Positions 17,749-27,935 of a stretch of DNA of 64,000 bases are shown one piece after another (the first letter of the stretch is position 1; the number at the start of each line of letters is the position of its first letter). Below the pieces are notes generated by a model, which saw only the letters and a list, made by a program, of their open reading frames with translations, did no database searches and was not told the DNA's origin. This DNA is from a plasmid: sequence record NZ_CP093377.1. One strand, given 5' to 3'. Made by a program: the position numbers and the translations under genes.

Positions 17749-19148
17749 GCCTGAATAAAAACCTGAAAACCCGGCGCAAGCAGCTGGCCATTCTTGCCGC
17801 CGTTATCGTGGGAGGTGCCGCCGCCACGAGCGGCGTTATCTGGTACGGGCAACATCAACAGGAACAGAAACAGCCCGCGCCGGTTGCCACCCCAAACATG
17901 ACCGGTGTGGTCACGGCAGCGTTTAACCAGCAGGTTAATGATGCCGCACTGGCACAGCAGCAGGCCAAGACCTCCGCACTTGAGGACAAGCTCACCACGC
18001 TCACCCAGCAGTTTGTACAGAACAAGCTCACTACCGAGCAACAGCTGGCTAAAAAGGATGAAGAGATTCAGCGCCTGAATGACCAGCTTACGAAAGCCCC
18101 CGGCAGCAACGTGACCACTGGCCAGCAGACACCACCTGGCGGTCAGAACGGAACACCACTCCCCGGTCCCGTTGCTGCCGGTCAGGCCCGGCCACCCGAA
18201 TACACCGTGACCCCCGCAGGCACACCGGCCGCCACTGGTGTGAATATGGGGCAAGGCGCAGCGTTCTACCCGGGCGGCTCTGGCCAGAGAGTGACAGGTG
18301 GGCTGAGCACCACAAAGTTCAGCTATGAAAGCCTGAAGAAAAAGCCAACGAAACTGCCCTGGATTCCGTCAGGCTCCTTCTCAGACGCCATCATGATTGA
18401 AGGGGCCGACGCCAACGCCAGTGTTACCGGCCAGCAGAACACCCAGCCCGTCACCATCCGCCTGCTGGGCAATATCCAGATGCCAAACAACAAAGAATAC
18501 AGCGCTGACGGCTGCTTTGTGGTGGGGGAAATCTGGGGCGACATCTCCAGCGAGCGCGGGATTGTCCGGACGAAATCAATCAGCTGCGTACTGAAAAACG
18601 GCAAGCACGTCGATATGGAATTCGATGGCCACGTCAGCTACCAGGGTAAAGGCGGTGTTCGCGGCAAGCCTGTTATGCGAAACGGCATGATTGTCGGCTA
18701 CGCGGGGGCTGCAGGCCTCCTGTCAGGTTTTGGTGAAGGTATCAAATCTGCGGCAACACCATCCGTCGGCCTCGGTGCCACAGCGGATGTCGGTGCCGGC
18801 GACGTGTTTAAGCAGGGTATAGGCGGCGGAGCCAGTAAGGCGGCCGACACGCTGAGCCAGTACTGGATTAAGCGCGCCGAACAGTATCACCCGGTCATTG
18901 ATATCGGCGCTGGCAACCTGGTAACTGTGGTCTTCCAGAAGGGCTTCCGCCTTGAAACCATCGAGGATGCCGATGACGCGAAAGCGAAAGAGGAACTGCA
19001 GAAAGCCGACAACGCCGCGCAGAGCTCCGTCACTCCGCAGCCTGCGAGCCAGACCACTGCATCCAGTACCACCTCAGCCGGCAACATCAACCCTGATGAC
19101 GTTCTCCGCCAGGCCAGTCAGCTGCGCCTCGGTGACACAATCAACTGA
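17745..19148 (+). CDS. traB: TraB
   Basis: 467 aa with an N-terminal TM segment, coiled coil and Pro/Gln-rich linker; overlaps the traK stop. Confidence 0.85.
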   Translation: MSLNKNLKTRRKQLAILAAVIVGGAAATSGVIWYGQHQQEQKQPAPVATPNMTGVVTAAFNQQVNDAALAQQQAKTSALEDKLTTLTQQFVQNKLTTEQQLAKKDEEIQRLNDQLTKAPGSNVTTGQQTPPGGQNGTPLPGPVAAGQARPPEYTVTPAGTPAATGVNMGQGAAFYPGGSGQRVTGGLSTTKFSYESLKKKPTKLPWIPSGSFSDAIMIEGADANASVTGQQNTQPVTIRLLGNIQMPNNKEYSADGCFVVGEIWGDISSERGIVRTKSISCVLKNGKHVDMEFDGHVSYQGKGGVRGKPVMRNGMIVGYAGAAGLLSGFGEGIKSAATPSVGLGATADVGAGDVFKQGIGGGASKAADTLSQYWIKRAEQYHPVIDIGAGNLVTVVFQKGFRLETIEDADDAKAKEELQKADNAAQSSVTPQPASQTTASSTTSAGNINPDDVLRQASQLRLGDTIN

Positions 19149-19154
19149 GGACTT

Positions 19155-19307
19155 ATGAAAAATAAAGAGGAACAAAACCAAAAAAGAGTACCTGTCAGCT
19201 CTCCTTTTCGTGAGTTCATTGCCGTAGCCCTGTTCCTTGTCGCAATTGCAGGTGTCTTTTTAATGGCCAAATGCATGGTTTTCGGAATTAGTTTATCAAT
19301 GAAATAA
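19155..19307 (+). CDS. Small membrane protein (50 aa) in the traP/trbD position
   Basis: Own translation: MKNKEEQNQKRVPVSSPFREFIAVALFLVAIAGVFLMAKCMVFGISLSMK. Confidence 0.3.
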   Translation: MKNKEEQNQKRVPVSSPFREFIAVALFLVAIAGVFLMAKCMVFGISLSMK

Positions 19308-19358
19308 CCCCTCTGTTTGAGGCCATATATCCCCTTCCGAATTCACCCGGAGATACCC

Positions 19359-19898
19359 ATGAATAAAAGCATTATCGGCATGCTGCTGTGCAGCGCACTG
19401 ACCGGCTGCGCCGGTCTCAATTCTGATTTCGACTGTAACAAGACCGCGACCGACCAGTGCCTGACCACCGGTGAGGCCAACAAGCTGGCCGCTCAGGGTA
19501 AAAGTCTGGATGACCTGACGGCCGAAAAAAACGCAAAAAAGCCTGCGGGTGAAACCCTGCCGGCACTGCGCAATTCGGCACCGGTCGTGAATCCGTTCCG
19601 TCCTGTCTCCGTCGTAGCAACCGGAACCACCGCCGCCAGGCCTCTGACCACTGCGCCGGCGAAAACATCCGGCACACTGGTCACGCCGCTGGCCACGACG
19701 AGTCATGCGACCCCCGTGCCGGTTAACACGGCAGGCCGTGTTCCGGTTCAGCGTATTCCTGACGCCACGCAGCGCCTGTGGATTGCCCCCTGGGTGGACA
19801 CGGACGACAACTTCCATCAACCGGCAGTGGTCGAGTTCGTGAAGAACAAATCTCACTGGGATGAGAGCTACCGCGTTATCGGGGAGGGTGGGGAATGA
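19359..19898 (+). CDS. traV: Lipoprotein TraV
   Basis: Lipobox LTGCAG, then a Pro/Thr-rich region. C-terminus LWIAPWVDTDDNFHQP matches F TraV LWIAPYIDNQDVYHQP. Confidence 0.8.
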   Translation: MNKSIIGMLLCSALTGCAGLNSDFDCNKTATDQCLTTGEANKLAAQGKSLDDLTAEKNAKKPAGETLPALRNSAPVVNPFRPVSVVATGTTAARPLTTAPAKTSGTLVTPLATTSHATPVPVNTAGRVPVQRIPDATQRLWIAPWVDTDDNFHQPAVVEFVKNKSHWDESYRVIGEGGE

Positions 19899-20149
19899 GC
19901 AGCCACTACGTTTCCGCCAGGAACGGCGTCGATCATCTGGTGAAATCATTCCCCCATACACGGAAAGGAACGGCGCAAATCACTGCCGCACAGTCAGTCG
20001 ATACCGACGATGAAACGCTGGCTGTTCTGAGCGTGAGCTGTGGCTGGCAGATTAAAACTGCCGGTGATGCACCGCACACCGGTCAGATGAACGAAGAGAA
20101 ACTACGTCGCCTTGAGTTAATCCGGGCCGCTGCGGAGGGTCGAAAATGA
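19895..20149 (+). CDS. Hypothetical protein in the traR position (no C4 zinc finger)
   Basis: ORF track. It lacks the DksA/TraR Cys4 motif. Confidence 0.35.
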   Translation: MSSHYVSARNGVDHLVKSFPHTRKGTAQITAAQSVDTDDETLAVLSVSCGWQIKTAGDAPHTGQMNEEKLRRLELIRAAAEGRK

Positions 20150-22755
20150 GTTTTGTCGACAACCTGTTGGATATGCTGAAAAACGGGAAAGAGGAAGACG
20201 GTGCCGCCACGGCCCGCGAGAATCTTTCCCAGACATGGGGCTACCCGTCCCTGGTTGCGGCGCTGCCTTACCGGTATTACGACGACACCAATGAGATTTT
20301 CGTCAACGCCGGCTCTGCAGGCTTCATCATGGAAGCCGCCCCGCTGCCCGGCGCGAACGAACAGGTGATGGCCGCGCTCGATGACATGCTGCGCAAAAAA
20401 CTGCCCCGCCAGACTCCCGTCACCGTCATCATGCTTGCCAGCAAGTGTGTCGGGGAACGTATCGATCGCGGTGTGAGTAACGACATGTGGAAAGGAGGGA
20501 TGGCCGATCACCTCAATAAAATCACCCGCGCGTTCTGGCAGCGCTCTGCGCTGCACGGTCTGGCCAACGAACGCGAATACCCGCTTTACCTGCGTAACTA
20601 CCGCATCTTTCTTGTCTATGGTCAGCCGCTGAAGCGCGCCTCCCAGACACAACGGGTGATTGATGACCTGGTTCAGATCCGCAACACCATCCGCGTCTCC
20701 CTGGGCGCTGCGCGCATCGACAGCGTGAACGTTGATGTGTACGGTTTCCTGTCTGCGGTACGCGAGCAGATGAACTACCGCCAGGAACAGGTACTGACGT
20801 CCTCCGGGGACTACAACGAGGATGAAAAGCTGAACCGCCAGGTGGTTGATCAGGGGATAGGGCTTGATGTCTATCCGTCGCATCTCCGGATGACGTTACC
20901 CGAAACCATCGACGCGCGCGGGACACGGTTGCCGGCATCGGCATGTCGCATCATTAACATGCAGCTTGCCAAAACGCCTAAACGCTTCGCCCTGTGGCAG
21001 GGGGCGGACAACCTGCAGAACATTCGCTTTCCTGACCTCGGAATACCCTGTCCCTTTATGCTGACCTGGACAACGGAGCTGGAAGAGCAGACCAAAAGCC
21101 AGAGTGAGGCATTTCGCAAAGATACCGATTTGTCAAAAAAGGCCAGCTCAGCCTACGCCGCACTTTTCCCCGGTACCAAAAGGGCCGCAGAGGAATGGCG
21201 ACGTACCCGTGAGCAACTGAACAATAACGAAATTGCACTCTGCAACACGTACTTTAACCTGACCCTGTTCGCGCCGGACAACAATACTGACGCACAGGCC
21301 TGTGAGCTGGCCGCCGTGAACGTGTTCCGTAAGAACGAGCTGGAGATGGTAACGATACAGTACCAGCAGATGCGTAACTGGCTGGCCGGCTTCCCGTTCG
21401 TCATGCAGGAAGGGATGTGGGAAGACCTGAAAACAACAGGCGCAACGCTGCGCGCCAAGTCATGGAACGCGGTGAGTCTGATGCCGATCGTGGCAGAACG
21501 CCAGCTGTCGAATGTAGGTATGCCGCTGCCCACCTACCGCAACCAGGTTGCATTCTACGACATGTTTGGTGAGGAGAACGGCAGCACCAACTTTAACATC
21601 GCTGTGACCGGCACGTCTGGCGCGGGTAAATCCTTCCTGACACAGGGTATCCTGCGCGACGTGCTGAATGCCGGGGGATACGCCTGGGTTATCGACATGG
21701 GTGACAGTTATAAAAACTACTGTCATCAGGCCGGCGGGGTTTATCTCGATGGCGCTAAACTGCGCTTTAACCCGTTCGCCAACGTCAAAGATATCAAGCA
21801 CTCTGCTGAAGGGATTGTGCGTCTGCTGACGGTACTCGCCAGCCCGACGCAGCCGCTTGATGGTGTCTGCGAGGCGATCCTGCAGAAAGCGGTAATGGAT
21901 GCGTGGGAGAAGAGGGCAAATAAAGCCCGTATCGACGACGTTCATAATTACCTGACCAGTGAGGATGTGAATCAGGCGTTTGCAGACAAGCCAACCATCA
22001 TCGCGCGTCTCGCTGAGCTGGCCATGCTGCTCGATACCTACTGCACCTGGGGACCTGACGGTGAATACTTTAACGCCGACACCCCGACGCTCGATGGTGA
22101 AACCCGCTTCGCGGTGCTGGAGCTGCTGAGCCTGGAAGACAAGCCGAAGCTGCTCTCGTCCATCCTGTTCTCGCTCATTCTGGCGATACAGGAAAAGATG
22201 TACCACAGCCCGCGCGACCTCAAAAAAGTCTGCATCATCGACGAGGCCTGGCGTCTGCTGGGTGGCTCTAACCCACACGCGGCAAGGTTTATCGAAACCG
22301 GCTACCGCACCGTGCGTCGTCACCGTGGGGCGTTTATTACCATCACCCAGGGCATCAAGGACTTCAGCGCCAGTAAGGAAGCAGAAGCCGCCTGGAACAA
22401 CAGCTCCACCAAAATCACCCTGCTGCAGGATGCTAAGGCGTTTAAACAGTACCTTGCCGATAACCCGGATCAGTTCTCGGACATGGAAAAAGAAGTTATC
22501 CGTGGCTTCCAGCCAGCCCTGCAGACCGGCTACAGCTCCCTGCTGATAAACGCCGGTGAATACAGCTCCTTCCACCGTCTGTTCGTCGACCCCGTCACCC
22601 GCGCCATGTTCAGCTCGCGTGGTGAGGACTTTGCCTTCATGCAGAAATTGCAGAAAGAAGCCGGGGCCACTGCGGAAGAAGCGGCATATCTGCTGGCGGA
22701 GAAGAAATTCGGCAATGAACTTCGTGAACTTGAAGAATGGGTGAAAGCAGCATGA
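20146..22755 (+). CDS. traC: TraC (VirB4-family ATPase)
   Basis: 869 aa with Walker A GTSGAGKS and extended similarity to F TraC. Confidence 0.9.
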   Translation: MSFVDNLLDMLKNGKEEDGAATARENLSQTWGYPSLVAALPYRYYDDTNEIFVNAGSAGFIMEAAPLPGANEQVMAALDDMLRKKLPRQTPVTVIMLASKCVGERIDRGVSNDMWKGGMADHLNKITRAFWQRSALHGLANEREYPLYLRNYRIFLVYGQPLKRASQTQRVIDDLVQIRNTIRVSLGAARIDSVNVDVYGFLSAVREQMNYRQEQVLTSSGDYNEDEKLNRQVVDQGIGLDVYPSHLRMTLPETIDARGTRLPASACRIINMQLAKTPKRFALWQGADNLQNIRFPDLGIPCPFMLTWTTELEEQTKSQSEAFRKDTDLSKKASSAYAALFPGTKRAAEEWRRTREQLNNNEIALCNTYFNLTLFAPDNNTDAQACELAAVNVFRKNELEMVTIQYQQMRNWLAGFPFVMQEGMWEDLKTTGATLRAKSWNAVSLMPIVAERQLSNVGMPLPTYRNQVAFYDMFGEENGSTNFNIAVTGTSGAGKSFLTQGILRDVLNAGGYAWVIDMGDSYKNYCHQAGGVYLDGAKLRFNPFANVKDIKHSAEGIVRLLTVLASPTQPLDGVCEAILQKAVMDAWEKRANKARIDDVHNYLTSEDVNQAFADKPTIIARLAELAMLLDTYCTWGPDGEYFNADTPTLDGETRFAVLELLSLEDKPKLLSSILFSLILAIQEKMYHSPRDLKKVCIIDEAWRLLGGSNPHAARFIETGYRTVRRHRGAFITITQGIKDFSASKEAEAAWNNSSTKITLLQDAKAFKQYLADNPDQFSDMEKEVIRGFQPALQTGYSSLLINAGEYSSFHRLFVDPVTRAMFSSRGEDFAFMQKLQKEAGATAEEAAYLLAEKKFGNELRELEEWVKAA

Positions 22756-23165
22756 GTGAACAACAGGACAAGCCGTATGAAGGCGATACCGTCAACGATG
22801 GTGCAACGATCGCCGGCAAAACATCCCGCTGGGTTAAGGCCTGCATGCTGGGGCTGGCAGGATTGCCGGGCATGACAGGTGTGGCATATGTTACGGCAAA
22901 AGCCGTCACACCGGAGGTGGTGGTCTTCGATATGAAGGGAACCGTTGACCTGTTTATGCAGCAGTCCGCGCAGCTGCAGCTCGATGAGGACAAAGCCCGG
23001 GTGCTGACAACGCGTTTCAATAGCGCGCTGTCAGACAGTCTCGGTGAATGGCAGGCCTCACATAACGCCATCATTCTGGTTAAACCGGCGGTGATGAGTC
23101 CGCAGCGGGATATCACGAATGAGATCCGTGCCGACATTGCGCGCCGCACTCAGGGGGGGCAGTGA
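22752..23165 (+). CDS. trbI: TrbI
   Basis: About 137 aa with one TM segment, between traC and traW. Confidence 0.6.
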   Translation: MSEQQDKPYEGDTVNDGATIAGKTSRWVKACMLGLAGLPGMTGVAYVTAKAVTPEVVVFDMKGTVDLFMQQSAQLQLDEDKARVLTTRFNSALSDSLGEWQASHNAIILVKPAVMSPQRDITNEIRADIARRTQGGQ

Positions 23166-23797
23166 AAAGACCACTGAAGCTGATGGGTATGATGCTGCTG
23201 ATGCTCTCCGCCGGCAGCGGGGCGAAAGATCTCGGAACCTGGGGCAACGTCTTCGAGCCTGCAGAGCAGGACATGCTGGCGTTTATCCAGAATCGCCTGA
23301 AGGGAATGGAGCAGACGGGTGAACTTGACCGCCTGCGCAAAGAAGCAACGGAAAGAGTGAAGGAGCATGCGGTACGCCCGACGCCGGTGGAAGGGCTCAC
23401 AAAAGCGAAGGAATACCGAAGCTTTGCCTGGGACCCGACATTTACCGTGAAGGAAACGATCACTGACATGCAGGGCAATGTGATCGCCCGGAAGGGTGAT
23501 ACGGTCAATCCTCTGGATAAGGTGCCCTTCAGCCAGGTGCTCTTTTTTATCGACGGCGATGATAAGGAGCAGGTGAGCTGGGCACGACAACAGCTCGCCG
23601 GTCAGATCAGCGTGAAGGTCATCCTGGTAAACGGCAACATCAAAGAAACCAGTGATGCACTGAATGAACGTATCTACTTCGACCAGTCTGGCGTACTGAC
23701 CCGTAAATTCGGTTTTGAACACATCCCCGCGCGGATATCGCGCGACGGCCGCGTGATGAAGGTGGAAGAAATACCTGTTAAGGGAGACGGTAAATGA
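23162..23797 (+). CDS. traW: TraW
   Basis: Motifs DLGTWGNVFEP, YFDQSGVL and PARISRDGR match F TraW. Confidence 0.85.
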   Translation: MKRPLKLMGMMLLMLSAGSGAKDLGTWGNVFEPAEQDMLAFIQNRLKGMEQTGELDRLRKEATERVKEHAVRPTPVEGLTKAKEYRSFAWDPTFTVKETITDMQGNVIARKGDTVNPLDKVPFSQVLFFIDGDDKEQVSWARQQLAGQISVKVILVNGNIKETSDALNERIYFDQSGVLTRKFGFEHIPARISRDGRVMKVEEIPVKGDGK

Positions 23798-24144
23798 TCT
23801 TTCTGCTTGTACTGTCCGGTATAACAGGGATCGCAGGTTGTGCGATTACAACAGCATGGTTACCGGTGAATCTGCGCTGGCAGGGAGTCCAGTGCGCGGT
23901 ATTTACCCTGATTATTCAGGGATGCATTCTTAAGGTCATACCACTCGACACGGACGGTAGCGGACTTTTGATTGCTGCCGGACTGATGCTTTCCCAGTGG
24001 TTCGCCCCCCTTATCGCCAGAGAGACAAGGAAATTGAGCGTGCATTTCAGGATACCTTCAGTGCCCGGTTATCTGCTGATGTACATCCTGTGCCTGGTGC
24101 TGATCGGTGCCAGCTGGTTTCCCATCTGGATGGTTTTGAGATGA
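23794..24144 (+). CDS. Hypothetical polytopic membrane protein, 116 aa (start overlaps the traW stop)
   Basis: ORF track; hydrophobic. Confidence 0.45.
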   Translation: MIFLLVLSGITGIAGCAITTAWLPVNLRWQGVQCAVFTLIIQGCILKVIPLDTDGSGLLIAAGLMLSQWFAPLIARETRKLSVHFRIPSVPGYLLMYILCLVLIGASWFPIWMVLR

Positions 24145-24159
24145 GATAATACCGGTTGC

Positions 24160-24513
24160 TTACCAGAAGCTTTTGAGAAGCAAAATAGTCAGCCCAAAAA
24201 ATACAACGGTGAAACAGATAGCAAGAATGAAATACGGAAAGCTGTGATGTGTGGAATCACTACCTGCTATCTGCCGCAGGTTTAAATCAGTAATTAAAGA
24301 TGCCCATGCGAGCACAAATCCGAAGCAAATAATCAACAATGCCAGGAAAACAAAACCAGCGACAGACGTCACCGGAATGCATGTTCTCGCGCCCGTGCTG
24401 AGAAGTGCAAACAAGGAGCTGGAGGCAATTAAATCCCTCACCAGATTTCGGGTTGCTTCAAGTTGATTATCAGTTGGCTGTATACGCCTGAGCCTGTCCA
24501 TCATTTTCCCCAT
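24160..24513 (-). CDS. Hypothetical membrane protein, 117 aa, convergent
   Basis: ORF track; low-GC segment. Confidence 0.45.
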   Translation of the reverse strand: MGKMMDRLRRIQPTDNQLEATRNLVRDLIASSSLFALLSTGARTCIPVTSVAGFVFLALLIICFGFVLAWASLITDLNLRQIAGSDSTHHSFPYFILAICFTVVFFGLTILLLKSFW

Positions 24514-24589
24514 TCTTTCCGTTCCCGTGTTTTAGCCAGTCCGCAAGAATTCTGATGATGCACGGTAAAATACATTAAAGGTACTCAAA

Positions 24590-24982
24590 ATGACTGCAAC
24601 AACGTTAGGTGACCTGTTTCCTGAAATGCGCCAGGCGGTCACTTCTCATCGCCGCTACGCCAGAAGACCTTGTAAACCAGCTGAAATATCTCCGCGTATG
24701 GGGACAGCAGAACGCCTGAAGACACTGTATCCGGAATTTGACTCCTGGCATCCGGTCCTTGTGACCAAAGCCTGGCTCCACTGGTGTGAGCAGAACCAGC
24801 AGGACAGCCGGGAGCCGTCGAAACGAGATGAACGTTTCCCGGACTACATCATTCACCTCTTACTGGAGAACATGCGGGCCGAGGACAGCGCGAAACGTAA
24901 AAAGGGCCCGACGCTGTCACTTTCCGGGCGTCTCGACAGGCTGTTTGCAGGCGAAGGGCAGGAGAACGCCGAATGTCACTGA
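24590..24982 (+). CDS. Hypothetical protein, 130 aa (paralog of the next ORF)
   Basis: Shares the motif LYPEFDSWHPVLVTKAWLHWCEQN with the ORF at 24973. Confidence 0.45.
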   Translation: MTATTLGDLFPEMRQAVTSHRRYARRPCKPAEISPRMGTAERLKTLYPEFDSWHPVLVTKAWLHWCEQNQQDSREPSKRDERFPDYIIHLLLENMRAEDSAKRKKGPTLSLSGRLDRLFAGEGQENAECH

Positions 24983-25209
24983 GACACAATACTGGAACCA
25001 AAGGCAGTGAAGAGGAAGTGAATCGCCTCTGTCAGCTGTACCCTGAAATTGCATCATGGCAACCGGCACTGATCGCCGGTGCCTGGCATCAGTGGTGCGC
25101 TGAGAACCCGCATCTGCCGGCGATGCCGGAAGTACGTGACGAGGCGTTTCCCCTGTACCTCGTCAGGCTTATCCGCAACAGAATGGAGGAGATGAACGCA
25201 TGGCGTTAA
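24973..25209 (+). CDS. Hypothetical protein, 78 aa (paralog of the previous ORF)
   Basis: Motif LYPEIASWQPALIAGAWHQWCAEN. Confidence 0.4.
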   Translation: MSLRHNTGTKGSEEEVNRLCQLYPEIASWQPALIAGAWHQWCAENPHLPAMPEVRDEAFPLYLVRLIRNRMEEMNAWR

Positions 25210-26231
25210 TCAGCTGTTTCACCGGCCCTCAGGGGCTGCAGGGTGTGCTCGCCTGTTTGCGCGATACTGAGGGCATGACCGGTATTCTGGTCGTGGTTGC
25301 GCTACTCGCTGGCTGGATTGTTGTTCAGTACGTGGCATGTGCACGGCGTGAACGTCTGGCGCGGGAGAGCAGACCGGGAATACCCGTCCCTCTGGCGCAA
25401 TTTGGTAATGCCCGTCATGCAACTGCTGTGCATGACTTTGCTAACCGGAATTATTACCAGGTGATGCTGGCCGAGATGGAAAAAGCGCTGTTTTCGGCAG
25501 GCTATGAATTGACGCGGGATGCATCTCGCTGCACACGGCTGGCAAATACAGACAGTCGTGACATCAGCCGGAAAGTGACCCGAGTGCGCCACCGCTATAT
25601 GACCCCGCTCATTTCAGAACAGATGCTGAATGACAGCATTGATGATGCCATGAAAAATGGTTCCGCAGCTGAATGGCTGAACCTGCTTATCCAGGGCAGT
25701 GAGCGGGAAGGGTGGTATATCACCCGGACCGCAGGGGCGGCAGGAGCTGTTCTGAGCGACAGGCAAAAATGTCGCTGGCCGCTCAGGCAGGTGATGATCA
25801 CCCTGAAGTCAGACAGCCTCGTCATTACCCGTGATTTCGTTCAGGGGCTGAACGCAGCGGCCGACGCTGTAAGCAACATGGCGTTCCCCGACATGGCTGA
25901 TGAACCCGACCTCAGCGCTGTGCCTGTGAACATCTGTGGACTTCAGGTGACACTGATGCGCCAGCTCTGCAGCACCCCGCCGGGATTTTTCCCGGATGAA
26001 AGCGGCAGCAGTGTACCGGACGAATTGTTCAGTCAGATGCCTGAGCTGAAGTATGGTGAGAAGCGTATTGTCGTCTTTGCGCAGATAACGTCAGCACCTG
26101 CGACAGACGTTCTGGCCCGATTCATCATAACCGTCGGTGACCGTATTGCGGCAGGAGAGGAATATGCGGCTGATTACGATGATGACAACGGTTATGCCTT
26201 TATCTTCCAGCGGACCAGCAGACCCCGCTGA
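25200..26231 (+). CDS. Hypothetical membrane-anchored protein, 343 aa
   Basis: One N-terminal TM helix, then a soluble domain; ORF track. Confidence 0.5.
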   Translation: MALISCFTGPQGLQGVLACLRDTEGMTGILVVVALLAGWIVVQYVACARRERLARESRPGIPVPLAQFGNARHATAVHDFANRNYYQVMLAEMEKALFSAGYELTRDASRCTRLANTDSRDISRKVTRVRHRYMTPLISEQMLNDSIDDAMKNGSAAEWLNLLIQGSEREGWYITRTAGAAGAVLSDRQKCRWPLRQVMITLKSDSLVITRDFVQGLNAAADAVSNMAFPDMADEPDLSAVPVNICGLQVTLMRQLCSTPPGFFPDESGSSVPDELFSQMPELKYGEKRIVVFAQITSAPATDVLARFIITVGDRIAAGEEYAADYDDDNGYAFIFQRTSRPR

Positions 26232-26335
26232 TTCAACCGCGCTGCCCTTCAGGATGTTCGGTGCTCACTGCGTTGCGCTCCGCCTCAGCCTGAATGTCAT
26301 CCCGGTTTCCGATTAACCCCCGACCAGGTAACGCC

Positions 26336-26551
26336 ATGAAAAAAGACCCTGATACTGAAAAGGGCCGGCATGTTACAGCCGTTCGTCATGATGAAAAATC
26401 GGCATTACGGCTCAATGCCATTCTTGCAGAGAATCCCCTTTATTATCCCTCGCTCGTCTTACGGGCTGGCCTGCTGGCCCTTGAGAACATGAGCAAAGAA
26501 CAACGGCTGACGATCGTCATGAAAGCCGCGACTAAGCCCGAAACACACTGA
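26336..26551 (+). CDS. Hypothetical small protein, 71 aa
   Basis: Internal ATG of ORF 26294..26551. Confidence 0.3.
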   Translation: MKKDPDTEKGRHVTAVRHDEKSALRLNAILAENPLYYPSLVLRAGLLALENMSKEQRLTIVMKAATKPETH

Positions 26552-26612
26552 CCTTTCTGTTTTAACTGGCCCTCCCGCCGTCCGGTGGCTGCGGCACACC
26601 CGGAGATACCCC

Positions 26613-26936
26613 ATGACACACCCTGAATATATCGGGCCGGTGACGGTTACCCGTGACCGCAACGGTTTCTGGACGCACCCACGCTATTTTACCCCCGCCA
26701 GTGATGAGGCCGGGCAGTCAGAATTCGGCGACTGGATGCGACTGCACAACCTGACCTGCGCCATCCGCTGGATGGAAAATGATGCGCCTCCGCAGGTGAT
26801 CGCCGCCTGGGAAAATGGCGTAGCCGACATCAACGACTGGCAGCCCTCGGCGCCTGCGGGTGATGGCTGGTTCATTGGCTCCATTCATGACACTGAGGAC
26901 GGCCCGGTCTGTGTGTGGCTCCGGGAGGTGAAATGA
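26613..26936 (+). CDS. Hypothetical protein, 107 aa
   Basis: ORF track; stop overlaps the traU start. Confidence 0.45.
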   Translation: MTHPEYIGPVTVTRDRNGFWTHPRYFTPASDEAGQSEFGDWMRLHNLTCAIRWMENDAPPQVIAAWENGVADINDWQPSAPAGDGWFIGSIHDTEDGPVCVWLREVK

Positions 26937-27931
26937 AGCGCTATTCATGGCTGGCCGGTGTGTTGCTGGTTATGTTGTCCTGGATGCCCGCGCAGGAAAC
27001 GGCAGCAGCCAGTAACGCCGGTGACGGACGCTGGGTGAATCCCATCACTGACGTCTGCTGGAAATGCCTGTTTCCGATGACGCTCGGTAATATCCAGCTG
27101 GCTTCCGGGCCTCAGAAAGACACAACCAACCCGTCTTCACCCATCCAGATTTGCCCGGTGGGGATTCTGTACCGCATCGGTCTGGCCATCGGATTCTGGG
27201 AGCCGATGGCGATGGTGGACGTGACCCGTGAGCCGGGCGTCATGGTTAACATGGGCGGCTTTAAAATCGATCTCGGACGAACGGGAACGGGAACCGCAGG
27301 GCAGAGTGACCGGCCCGCTGCCGGCGCGTTCTACCACGTCCACTGGTATAAGTACCCTCTCATTTTCTGGCTGAACATCATCACCAGTCTGGGCTGTCTG
27401 CAGACCGGCGACATGGATATCGCCTATCTTTCCGAAGTCGATCCTCTCTGGAATGACAGCACGCTCTCAATGCTGATTAACCCCGAGGCAGCACTGTTCG
27501 GCAACCTGATAGCTCAGGGCGCGTGCGCAGCTGATGCCGCCGCCGCGTCAGCGGGCCTGCCGCTCTCGCCGTTGTTCTGGTGTGCAGGGAGTCAGGGGGC
27601 GATGTACCCGCTGACGGGCTATACCAGTGGTGAGTTTTCTCCGCTGGAGGCCTCATTGCTCGTCGGCGAGCGAATGGCGTTCAAGATGCACCGGGAAGGA
27701 CTGGTCTGGAATTCTATTGGTGCAGATAACGCCGTCTGCAACCAGTATCCTTCACCCATCCTTCCCAAGGAACGATGGCGATATCAGATGGTGAACATGT
27801 ATCCCGAGACGAACAACTGTCATCCCTTCGGGGCCAGTACGCAGCTGTGGGGTACAAAGCACAATTCCCCGTCCTCCAAAAAGAACTTCGGCTATCTCTT
27901 CTGGCGCAAACGTAACTGCGTCTTCCTCTAA
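26933..27931 (+). CDS. traU: TraU
   Basis: Extended identity with F TraU (RFVNPITDVCW, YHVHWYKYPL, KNFGYLFWRKRNCVFL). Confidence 0.9.
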   Translation: MKRYSWLAGVLLVMLSWMPAQETAAASNAGDGRWVNPITDVCWKCLFPMTLGNIQLASGPQKDTTNPSSPIQICPVGILYRIGLAIGFWEPMAMVDVTREPGVMVNMGGFKIDLGRTGTGTAGQSDRPAAGAFYHVHWYKYPLIFWLNIITSLGCLQTGDMDIAYLSEVDPLWNDSTLSMLINPEAALFGNLIAQGACAADAAAASAGLPLSPLFWCAGSQGAMYPLTGYTSGEFSPLEASLLVGERMAFKMHREGLVWNSIGADNAVCNQYPSPILPKERWRYQMVNMYPETNNCHPFGASTQLWGTKHNSPSSKKNFGYLFWRKRNCVFL

Positions 27932-27935
27932 GGAC

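Noticed and set aside
19895-20149. Calling this ORF TraR because of its position between traV and traC
   Set aside because: It lacks the C4 zinc-finger of DksA/TraR, so it is left as hypothetical.
21460-22575. 371-aa minus-strand ORF inside traC
   Set aside because: Antisense shadow ORF within a highly conserved traC coding region, with no independent support.
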